DNA of 62,372 nucleotides, filler included. It is 9 parts of 9 records of this genome, joined end to end, with 100 filler letters (N's around TTAATTAATTAA, not from the genome) between each part and the next. Parts side by side here need not be neighbours in the genome. Positions count along the whole stretch, not along the records: positions 6,264 to 13,696 come from SRR31156797_43573; positions 13,797 to 19,605 come from SRR31156797_43625; positions 19,706 to 26,294 come from SRR31156797_43636; 6 more parts are not named here. The stretch is one strand, 5' to 3'. Below the pieces are notes generated by a model, which searched no databases, was not told the origin of the DNA, and was given only the letters and a program-made list of their open reading frames with translations. This document shows, in pieces, positions 10,977 to 19,854 of the stretch; the stretch's first letter is position 1, and each line of letters starts with the position of its first letter. The position numbers and the translations under genes are program-made.

Positions 10977-11510
10977 ATGAGAATAATTGGAGGAATATAT
11001 AAAGGACGATTATTTCGGCCCGGTAAAAAGTTTAAAGCGCGACCTACTACAGATATAGCAAAAGAAGGATTATTCAATATTCTTGAAAACCGTTACGAAT
11101 TCTCAACCAAAAATGTGTTGGATTTATTTTCAGGAACCGGCAGTATGGCCTACGAATTTATAAGCAGAGGATGCCAAAAGGCAACACTTATAGAAAATAA
11201 CTTTAACCACTACAAGTTTATTCTTGAGGTTGTTCAGGAGCTAAAGATGGAGAATGCAACTGTTTTTAAAGCCGATGCTTTTAAATTTGTACAAAAAACA
11301 TACGATAAGTACAATATTATTTTTGCCGACCCTCCATTTGATCTTCCTCGGTTTAAAGAGATTCCGGATGCTGTTTTATCCGCAGATATTTTGGCTGCAG
11401 AAGGAGTATTTATATTAGAACATCCAAAAGAATATGATTTCTCTGCTCACCCTGAGTTTAAAGAGATAAGAACATATGGAAAAGTAAACTTTAGCTTTTT
11501 CGAAAAATAA
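10977..11510 (+). CDS. rsmD: 16S rRNA (guanine(966)-N2)-methyltransferase
   Basis: MRIIGG..KGR, RPTTD..KEGLFNIL, VLDLFSGTGS, IFADPPF. Confidence 0.93.
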   Translation: MRIIGGIYKGRLFRPGKKFKARPTTDIAKEGLFNILENRYEFSTKNVLDLFSGTGSMAYEFISRGCQKATLIENNFNHYKFILEVVQELKMENATVFKADAFKFVQKTYDKYNIIFADPPFDLPRFKEIPDAVLSADILAAEGVFILEHPKEYDFSAHPEFKEIRTYGKVNFSFFEK

Positions 11511-11563
11511 GGGCTCCCGAAAATAAATTCCGGAAGCCCAAACAAATGATAATAAACAAAAAA

Positions 11564-12172
11564 CTATTCTACCTTTCTCTTAATACTGCATCCAACCGGT
11601 TTGGTTTCTGCTATCGAAATTTTTTCATCTGATCCCAGACTCACAATCGCATTCTTCAAATAAGCTTGCGATACCTCTTTAGCACTTTTATGACTATCAT
11701 CTATCGCACCTTTATAGGCCAGTTTTAAATCGCTGTCGAATAAAAATACATGAGGTGTTGTTTGTCCACCAAAAGCATTGGCAATTTTACTTTCTTTATC
11801 AACTACATAATAAAAGTTGTATCCCTGCTCCTTTGCTTTTGCCTTCATTGCCTTAAAACTGTCGTCACCATCTCTTTTTTGGTAGTTCGAGTTCAAAACG
11901 ATCATTCCAATATTATTAGCATCAGCATATTGCTTAACCTCATTATACCTGTCTTCCCATCTTATTACAAACGGACAAGTATTGCATGAAAACATCACCA
12001 GTAATCCATTTTCCTTAACCACATCATTTAATGAAACTTCTACTCCTGACACATCCATCATTTTTACATCAGTTAACACCGCCTTATCACCTATCTGCAA
12101 TTGTTTTATCTCACTGGCAAAAGCAAATATGGTAATTACAAATACACTTAAAAAAGTCAATAATTTTTTCAT
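11564..12172 (-). CDS. secreted thioredoxin-like/redoxin (AhpC-TSA family) protein
   Basis: Signal peptide, CNTCPFV CxxC motif, TTPHVFLFD, YKGAIDD, GCSIK. Confidence 0.88.
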   Translation of the reverse strand: MKKLLTFLSVFVITIFAFASEIKQLQIGDKAVLTDVKMMDVSGVEVSLNDVVKENGLLVMFSCNTCPFVIRWEDRYNEVKQYADANNIGMIVLNSNYQKRDGDDSFKAMKAKAKEQGYNFYYVVDKESKIANAFGGQTTPHVFLFDSDLKLAYKGAIDDSHKSAKEVSQAYLKNAIVSLGSDEKISIAETKPVGCSIKRKVE

Positions 12173-12288
12173 TGCGTTTAATTTAATACTGATTTGTCTT
12201 TAAAAACATTCTTTTCCACAAATGGTTCAAAACATTTTTCTTGAACAAAATTTTCTTTCGCGGGTTATTGCGTGATAAATTGGCAAAA

Positions 12289-12924
12289 ATGAGATTAGAG
12301 GAACTTCGACGAGAATATCGATTTGCGGAATTAAACCGGAAAAATGTAAAAGAAAAACCAATTGACCAACTAAAAAAATGGTTGGGCGAAGCACAACAGG
12401 CGGGTACTGATGATTTTACTGCCATGAATATCACCACATGTATTCCCGGAGACTTTCCGACGACAAGAATTGTATTACTTAAAGATATTTCCTCTAACGG
12501 ACTTACCTTTTTCACCAATTACAACAGCTCCAAGGCTTATGCAATTGAATCAAACAACAAAGTAAGTTTGCATTTTTTCTGGTCAAAACTCGACCGGCAA
12601 GTTCGAATAAATGGGTTTGCTCAAAAAACATCACGAAAGGTATCTGAAACCTATTTCAAATCGCGACCATTTGAAAGTCAGTTGGCAGCGATTGCTTCAA
12701 ATCAAAGTGAAGAGATTAGCGACCGTAAACAACTTGAAGCTTGTTTTGTAAGACTAAAAGAAAAATATATTGCAAAAAAACCACAGTGTCCTGAAAACTG
12801 GGGAGGCTTTTTAATTCAACCTGTATACTTTGAATTTTGGCAAGGACGTGAAAACCGTTTGCACGACAGAATTGCATATATGAAACACGACGACGATTGG
12901 CAAATAAAACGACTGGCACCATAA
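12289..12924 (+). CDS. pdxH: pyridoxamine 5'-phosphate oxidase
   Basis: LRREY, RIVLLK, FFTNYNSSKA, YFKSRP..SQ, EFWQGRENRLHDR. Confidence 0.95.
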   Translation: MRLEELRREYRFAELNRKNVKEKPIDQLKKWLGEAQQAGTDDFTAMNITTCIPGDFPTTRIVLLKDISSNGLTFFTNYNSSKAYAIESNNKVSLHFFWSKLDRQVRINGFAQKTSRKVSETYFKSRPFESQLAAIASNQSEEISDRKQLEACFVRLKEKYIAKKPQCPENWGGFLIQPVYFEFWQGRENRLHDRIAYMKHDDDWQIKRLAP

Positions 12925-12984
12925 AGGTTCCTGGTATAAGAAGCTTAACGGTTGAGGAATTGAGTTGATTGATTCTTCTGATAG

Positions 12985-13696
12985 TTAGAAGTCAAGGTTT
13001 AAAGTTCGTTTTAACAGTGCCAGGTTTGGATTCTTCCGGGCCATTTCCTGGTATTTTTCGATATCAGAATAAATCAGTTTCTCGCGTTTAACTTCGGTAA
13101 TAACTGTTTTAAGGCTAATTTTTGAATTACGTAATTCTTTACGAAGGTAAGATACCAACTCCGGTTTAACATTAACCAGCAGTTCATCCTGAATGCGGTT
13201 GTCCACGGCCAAAATCAGAGTCCAATCTTCTTCAATCTTAGGCAAGGTTGATAGCGTTGCCTTTAAACTAGGCCGGTCATTTAACCGGGGCAGAAATGCG
13301 TTCCACTTTTCCTTAAGTTGTTCTTTATTAAACGGTTCTGCTTCATCGGCTTTTGAATACAGTTTAAACTGTTCTTTGGCAGAGATTTGCTGTTTATCAT
13401 CCTCAAACTCTCCCTTAAGTGCTTTTTTTATGGAAGTAGATCCTGCTCTTGACGAACGTTTGATTAAACGTTTGGGTTGCGAAGACGGTAAAGGAGGAGT
13501 TCCCAAATCTGGTGTACTTTGTTTTTGTGGTGGAGCAACACTCTTCTTTTTAGGAGCTGAAGTTTCCTGCGGAAGATCTACGCCTGAAAAAATAGGCTCA
13601 AGAATATCTAACTCTCCTTCAGCTATTTTTTTTTTAAGGTTAGCTGCGCTATCCGTATTAAAGCCAGTTCAATTAACAAACGTTTATTCTGACTGG
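12985..13696 (-). CDS. dnaX: DNA polymerase III gamma/tau, 3' part, split into two frames at an A10 run
   Basis: Frame 0 reads SQNKRLLIELALIRIAQLTLKKK-stop (end of the gamma collar domain). The -1 frame is open from the A run through ORF 12985..13506 and ends MARKNPNLALLKRTLNLDF, a tau-type C-terminus. Confidence 0.8.
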
Positions 13697-13796
13697 NNNN
13701 NNNNNNNNNNNNNNNNNNNNNNNNNNNNNNNNNNNNNNNNTTAATTAATTAANNNNNNNNNNNNNNNNNNNNNNNNNNNNNNNNNNNNNNNNNNNN

Positions 13797-15101
13797 AGAA
13801 GTACCAATTGCAATAAGAATACTGGCAACTACAAGATTAACCGATGCGCGAATTTTATCAAATGCAGGTGCGTCTTCTTCCTCTCCGTAGTACGAAAATT
13901 TATCGAAACGCGTCTGTATAGTATTGCTTACTGCATTGGGCAAAAACCTGTTTAGTTTTTTATTAAAATTATTCACACCTCTTACCATTACACGTGCAGC
14001 AAGCGAAGATCCAAAACGCTCATCTACTGCATCCTGTCGTCCAAGATTTATCTCGGTTTCGGTAACTGCACGTGCCTTTTTCGACATAATGAGGGTAATT
14101 ACCATAACCAAGCCCGAAATTAATAACATATATAATGGTGTTGCACTTTTACCGGCCAGGTTTGCCATAGAGAAAGCATCAGGAGACATGGCACCAGAAG
14201 CAATCCAGTCTTTGAACGAAGCATATCCGGCAACAGGCACACCAATAAAGTTTACAAGGTCGTTTCCGGCAAAGGCCATTGCCAAAGCAAATGTACCCAC
14301 CATTACGATTACCTTTAGAATTTTAATTTTAAATACCCATTTTAACATTTGAATAAGCATAACCCAAAATCCAAAACTAATAAGTAAAACCAGTCCGGTA
14401 TTATGCTTAAACCAACTCTGCAGTGTCTCTCCTGTTGACAATTCCACGTCAGCAAATGATGAACCTTTCATTCCTTTAATAAGAATGAAGTAGGTAATTG
14501 CTGTTATTGCCAGACCTCCGAAAATTGCACCAAAATACTTCATTGGCCCCCGGTATCGGAAAGAGAAAATGAAACGGGTAATGTACATTACCAAAGCTCC
14601 AATACTGAAGGCAATAAATACCGACAACAATATTCCTGTAATAATTGCAAGTGCTTTTTCCGAATTAATATAATTCGACAACTCAGCAGCAACACTAAGC
14701 CCCAAGCCTTTGATTTTTACTGCCGCCACTGCAACCGCTGCACCAAGCAACTCAAATACGATAGAAACAGTTGTTGAAGTTGGCATTCCGAAGGTATTAA
14801 AAAGGTCTAATAAGATTACATCCGTAATCATTACTGCCAAAAAAATTGTCATAATTTCAGCAAAGTAAAACTGATCGGGATGAAAGATTCCTTTTCGCGC
14901 AACTTCCATCATACCATTCGAGAATGTTGCACCTACTAAAACCCCCAAACTTGCCATTAGAAAAATTGCCCATTTAGGGGCAGCTTTTGAACCAATTGCG
15001 GAGTTTAGAAAATTAACTGCATCGTTACTTACCCCAACAATAAGATCGGAGATAGCCAATGCAAATAATACTACTACCAGAATCAGGTAAAAATTTTCCA
15101 T
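13797..15101 (-). CDS. PiT-family (PHO4) inorganic phosphate transporter, C-terminus truncated
   Basis: GVSNDAVNFLNSAIGS, GMPTSTT, FAGNDLVNFIG repeated PHO4 motifs; multiple TM helices. Confidence 0.9.
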
Positions 15102-15190
15102 TTGTTTTTAAAATTGAATTAAAATTAATGACGGGTATTTTGAGTATTTCGAAGTAAATCTGAATACAAGTGGTATCGCTTTATTTTGCC

Positions 15191-15250
15191 TGCAAAAGTG
15201 CCTCATTGATGTTACATTATTATTGCATTTTTATTACATTATTATTACAC
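15191..15250 (-). promoter_or_regulatory. Bacteroidota -7-like promoter box with four 11-bp-period direct repeats (candidate Pho box)
   Basis: Plus-strand units GTTACATTATT/ATTGCATTTTT/ATTACATTATT/ATTACAC at 15211-15250; CACTTTTGCA on the minus strand at 15191-15200 (consensus TAnnTTTG). Confidence 0.55.
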
Positions 15251-15633
15251 TTTTGCTCCAAACCATAGATATATAGCTAATTCCCTGAATATTAAATCTG
15301 TCTAATTTATTACAATTCTGTTAAAGTCAATTCTCAAATTATTATGCCATCCAACATTTTTGCATGTTCATTGAAATAATCTGGAATAATATTGTGCGTT
15401 CCCTTATTTTTTCCAACTCCATGCTTCAATTTTTTACTTGAATGAACAATTTAATGTTTTCACAAGCTCGGCAAATATACTGGAAAGAAATACTTTAATC
15501 GTTTTGTAATATTAACAAAACTTTAAGTAACCGTCAAATTACCATTAATCAACTAATTAGCACTTTTTTATGAGTTACCTACACCCTTTATTTGCAAGGT
15601 ACTTCTCAAATAGTACTCCATAAAAATCATTTA

Positions 15634-16674
15634 ATGAGAACATATTCTTCAAAGTTATTGGCAATTATCGTATCTGTAGCATTAACCCTTTTTGCATTGG
15701 GAATAATGTTATTGGTTCATTTTTTTGGCGAAAATATTTTAATCATAGGCTTGTCAACAATTGCTTTTTTTGCCATTGCCTACTTTTCAATTCTGTATGT
15801 TATCCAGAAATACATCATCGATCGTATAAAACCCATTTACAATACCATTCGGGATCTTCCGCTCAGCGGGAAAAAACTGGAAGAAAAAACCATGGATTCC
15901 AACAGCTTATTGCTGAATGTAAAATTTGAGGTTGAGGAATGGGCCAAAACACAGTTAAAAGAGATTGAACGGCTTAAGGAACTGGAGAAATACCGCAAAG
16001 ATTTTGTTGGAAATGTTTCGCACGAGCTGAAAACCCCAATCTTTAACATACAGGGTTACGTTCTAACACTTTTGGAAGGAGGCTTGGAAGACCCGAAAAT
16101 TAACATGCTTTACCTTAAACGTACCGAAAAAAGTATCGATCGTATGGTTTCGATTGTGGAGGACCTGGAATCGATAACAAAACTCGAATCAGGTGAGCTG
16201 AAATTAAACATGGTTAAGTTCGACATTATTAAAACTGTGGAAGAAGTAATTGAGATGGAACATTGGCAAGCTTCAGAAAGCAAAATTGAAGTAAAAATTA
16301 CCAATAAACCCGACCGCCCTGTTATTGTAAAAGCTGATAAAAAAAGAATACTTGAAGTAATAACCAATTTAATCGTTAACGGAATAAAATACGGGAAAAA
16401 GAATGGCCATGTAAACATTTCTTTTCACGACCTTGAAGACAATATTATTGTAGAAGTGGCAGACAATGGAATTGGGATCGAGAAAAAAGATCTGCCCCGG
16501 ATTTTTGAACGTTTCTTCCGTGTTGACAAATCGCGTTCGCGCGAACAAGGAGGCACAGGCCTGGGATTGTCTATTGTGAAGCACATTATTGAAGCTCACA
16601 ATCAATCGATTAATGTTCGAAGTGTAGTTGATCAGGGTACAAACTTTAATTTTACTTTGGAAAAAGCGAAATAG
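15634..16674 (+). CDS. PhoR-like sensor histidine kinase
   Basis: Two TMs, H-box FVGNVSHELKTPIF, NLIVNGIKY, DNGIGI, FERFFRVDKSRSREQGGTGLGLSIVKH. Confidence 0.9.
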   Translation: MRTYSSKLLAIIVSVALTLFALGIMLLVHFFGENILIIGLSTIAFFAIAYFSILYVIQKYIIDRIKPIYNTIRDLPLSGKKLEEKTMDSNSLLLNVKFEVEEWAKTQLKEIERLKELEKYRKDFVGNVSHELKTPIFNIQGYVLTLLEGGLEDPKINMLYLKRTEKSIDRMVSIVEDLESITKLESGELKLNMVKFDIIKTVEEVIEMEHWQASESKIEVKITNKPDRPVIVKADKKRILEVITNLIVNGIKYGKKNGHVNISFHDLEDNIIVEVADNGIGIEKKDLPRIFERFFRVDKSRSREQGGTGLGLSIVKHIIEAHNQSINVRSVVDQGTNFNFTLEKAK

Positions 16675-16850
16675 CCAGATCAAACTTTTCTTCTTTTACA
16701 CTTCGGTGTTATGCTTATTAATTCGTATTTTGTACGCTTGGTAACAAGAATAGGTAAAAATACCTAACTTTTGTGTTTATTGTAAGTTTAAAGGAAAGTT
16801 AATTGTTCTTTAATAAGTAGCATATACTTTTGTTCAAGAATTTTAAAATT

Positions 16851-17549
16851 ATGAGTGAAAATCAATTTAAAGTTTTATTGGTTGATGACGAGTTGGATAT
16901 TCTGGAGTTCCTAAGTTACAACCTTGAAAAAGCCGGATACCAGGTATATACCGCAAAAAATGGGGTGGAAGCTATAAAAGTTGCAGAGAAACAAGTTCCA
17001 CACTTAATAATTCTTGACGTGATGATGCCTGAAATGGATGGTATTGCGGCTTGCGAAGAGTTACGTAAAATTCCTGCTTTGAGCAGCACCGTAATTGCAT
17101 TTTTAACCGCACGTGGTGAAGACTATTCGCAGATTGCCGGATTTGAAGCTGGTGCCGACGACTACATTACAAAACCTGTTCGCCCGAAAGTACTGGTTAG
17201 CCGGGTTAAAGCCTTGCTAAAAAGGACAGGAGAAGCCACTAAAACCGTTGAGGTTGTTGATACCAATACCGTTACCATTGGCAATTTATTAATTGATAAA
17301 GAACGTTACCTGATACGTATTGGCGACAACGAAATGATTCTTCCCCGTAAAGAGTTTGAGTTACTTTCATTATTGGTTTCAAAACCAGGAAAAGTATTTA
17401 CCCGCGAAGAGATTTATTATTCGGTATGGGGCGAGAATGTTGTAGTTGGCGATCGTACCATTGATGTTCATATTCGTAAGCTTCGCGAAAAAATTGGTAA
17501 CGACCACATTAAAACCTTAAAAGGGATTGGTTATAAATTTGTAGAATAA
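16851..17549 (+). CDS. PhoP/OmpR-family response regulator
   Basis: VLLVDDE, ILDVMMPEMDG, GADDYITKP, winged helix VGDRTIDVHIRKLREK..KGIGYKF. Confidence 0.92.
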   Translation: MSENQFKVLLVDDELDILEFLSYNLEKAGYQVYTAKNGVEAIKVAEKQVPHLIILDVMMPEMDGIAACEELRKIPALSSTVIAFLTARGEDYSQIAGFEAGADDYITKPVRPKVLVSRVKALLKRTGEATKTVEVVDTNTVTIGNLLIDKERYLIRIGDNEMILPRKEFELLSLLVSKPGKVFTREEIYYSVWGENVVVGDRTIDVHIRKLREKIGNDHIKTLKGIGYKFVE

Positions 17550-17571
17550 ACATAAAATCAAAGATAACATT

Positions 17572-17595
17572 GGGGACTTTCAGTCCCCTTTTTTT
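17572..17595 (+). terminator. intrinsic terminator
   Basis: GGGGACT-TTC-AGTCCCC followed by T7. Confidence 0.75.
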
Positions 17596-17612
17596 GCTCC
17601 AAACCTCTGTTT

Positions 17613-18218
17613 TCAAGAGAAAAAGACAACAAGATACAACACAATAAATCCAAGGATATACCCCACAACCAATTGCGCCACACTGTGTTTTTCAAGAATT
17701 AAGCGTGCAGTTCCAATAATCCCCGATATAACAATTACCAACAAAACAGAATACACCGGATTAACTCCGTTTCGAAACGACAGGGCAAATAAAGCACCTG
17801 CTAAACCTCCGACAGAAGCCATATGCATGCTTATCTTCCATTTTAGCGAGATTATCAATAGCCCAACCAGCACCAACACCGAAGCCAGCATAAACAGCCT
17901 AAACTCGGGAACAGCCTTTACCCTGCTAAGCAACATAAAACCAACATAATAAAAAATAGCCGTAGTTAATAAGGGCACAATCCGGTCGCGACTATTCGGC
18001 ATGTGGATATCAAAACGCGGATTCATCGATAATACAGCAATAGAGAGCAAAGGCAGAATGCAAGTGGTAAAAAATACAACCAACAGGATAAAACGTTTTG
18101 CCTCCCATAAAAGCATTTCAAAATAGAAACCTGAGTTTAGCAACAAAAATAAACCAAGTGTGGGTACTACAACGGGATGAAAAATTACAGATATGGCGTT
18201 TGCAAACTTTTTACTCAT
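17613..18218 (-). CDS. PAP2-like integral membrane protein
   Basis: About six TMs; KWKISMHM and TARLILEKHSVAQLVVG. Confidence 0.7.
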   Translation of the reverse strand: MSKKFANAISVIFHPVVVPTLGLFLLLNSGFYFEMLLWEAKRFILLVVFFTTCILPLLSIAVLSMNPRFDIHMPNSRDRIVPLLTTAIFYYVGFMLLSRVKAVPEFRLFMLASVLVLVGLLIISLKWKISMHMASVGGLAGALFALSFRNGVNPVYSVLLVIVISGIIGTARLILEKHSVAQLVVGYILGFIVLYLVVFFS

Positions 18219-18219
18219 A

Positions 18220-19605
18220 CTAAAGTTCTTTACGCAAACGGGCTACCGGAATTCCAAGTTGCTCGCGATATTTTGCTACCGTACGACGTGCAATGTTGTA
18301 AGACTTTTCTTTTAAAATCTGTGCAAGTTTTTCATCAGTCAGCGGTTTGTGTTTGTTTTCACCCTCAATACATTCCTGTAAAATCTTTTTAATCTCACGG
18401 GTCGACACTTCCTCTCCATCATCTTTTGCCAAACCTTCGGAAAAGAAATATTTTAACGGATAAATACCAAAATGTGTTTGAATGTACTTGCTGTTTGAAA
18501 CCCTTGAAACTGTTGAGATATCTAAATTAGTTCGCTCAGCAATATCTTTAAGTATCATGGGTTTAAGCTTGGCCTCATCGCCTTCCTGAAAATAGTCCTT
18601 TTGAAAACTTATAATTTCGGACATGGTAAGCAGCAGTGTAGTTTGACGTTGCTGAATGGCATCGATAAACCATTTGGCAGAATCCATCTTTTGTTTTACA
18701 AAAAGCATCGCTTCTTTGTCATTTTTCTTTGCCTTTTGATTCTCACTCATGGTTTTCAGCATTTCCGAGTAGGTGTCGTTTATTTTTAACTCGGGCACAT
18801 TGCGCTGGTTTAACGAAAGACTTAATTCTCCATCAACTACTTCAAGCAAAAAGTCGGGAACAATGTGCTGATTTGCCTTATTTAGCGGATTACTGTAGGA
18901 GCTACCAGGTTTTGGATTTAATTTCAAAACCAGATCGATACCGTCTTTTAATTCTTCATCCGTCAACTCCAGTTTCGACTGAATTTTATCGTAGTGTTTT
19001 TTGGTGAACTCAGTGAAAAAATCCTTGACAATTTTTTTTGCCAAATCAAATTCCGAATCTTCCTTACGTTCGAGTTGAAGTAGTAAACATTCGCGTAAAT
19101 CGCGGGCACCTACCCCCGGAGGATCCAACTCATGAATAACCTCAAGAATTTCTTCCAGCTTTTCTTCCGGCACATCCAGGTTCATATTAAAAGCAAGGTC
19201 GTCGCTTATGGCGGTCAAGTCTCGACGTAAATAACCATCATCGTCAATATTTCCGATTATGTATTCAGCCAGGTTCTGCCCCTCTTCATCCAAACTGGCC
19301 AGTCCTAATTGCTCGTATAAAAATTCGTGAAAAGTTGTTCCTACAGAAAACGGAATGTCAATGTACTTATCGTCTTTAGAATAGTTATTTACATTTAGCT
19401 TATAAGTCGGAATCTCATCATCTTCAAAATAATCGTCGAAAGAAAACTCCTCGTTATCCACATCCTGATTCTCATCGTTTTCCTGTATGGCCGATTCCTC
19501 AACCTGAGCCGGGTTGTCATCCTCCAGTTCTAATACCGGATTTTCTTCTAATTCCTTCTTAATACGTTGCTCGAGCTGCATAGTTGGGATTTCCAAAAGC
19601 TTTAT
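18220..19605 (-). CDS. rpoN: RNA polymerase sigma-54 factor, N-terminus truncated
   Basis: DPPGVGARDLRECLLLQL, LKDIAE...ISTVSRV, RpoN box ARRTVAKYREQLGIP. Confidence 0.97.
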   Translation of the reverse strand: MKLLEIPTMQLEQRIKKELEENPVLELEDDNPAQVEESAIQENDENQDVDNEEFSFDDYFEDDEIPTYKLNVNNYSKDDKYIDIPFSVGTTFHEFLYEQLGLASLDEEGQNLAEYIIGNIDDDGYLRRDLTAISDDLAFNMNLDVPEEKLEEILEVIHELDPPGVGARDLRECLLLQLERKEDSEFDLAKKIVKDFFTEFTKKHYDKIQSKLELTDEELKDGIDLVLKLNPKPGSSYSNPLNKANQHIVPDFLLEVVDGELSLSLNQRNVPELKINDTYSEMLKTMSENQKAKKNDKEAMLFVKQKMDSAKWFIDAIQQRQTTLLLTMSEIISFQKDYFQEGDEAKLKPMILKDIAERTNLDISTVSRVSNSKYIQTHFGIYPLKYFFSEGLAKDDGEEVSTREIKKILQECIEGENKHKPLTDEKLAQILKEKSYNIARRTVAKYREQLGIPVARLRKEL

Positions 19606-19854
19606 NNNNNNNNNNNNNNNNNNNNNNNNNNNNNNNNNNNNNNNNNNNNTTAATTAATTAANNNNNNNNNNNNNNNNNNNNNNNNNNNNNNNNNNNNNNN
19701 NNNNNAGGCACAATACAAATCTCTCACCTGGAAAAGTGCATCTATATCATGGTGATAGTGTTGATCAGCAATCATAGCTGACTTCCCTGAGTTTGTACTC
19801 AAAAATTTTCATCGTAAGTGATGTAATTCCAACCTGCTCTACATATGATTAGTA

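Noticed and set aside
7993-11510. RecD-like helicase plus unknown genes as a defence system
   Set aside because: Helicase, hypothetical, DUF3822 and rsmD form an ordinary conserved Bacteroidota housekeeping neighbourhood.
12985-13506. Stand-alone 173-aa gene with TTG start
   Set aside because: The frame is open upstream to the A10 run of dnaX; better explained as the tau C-terminal portion.
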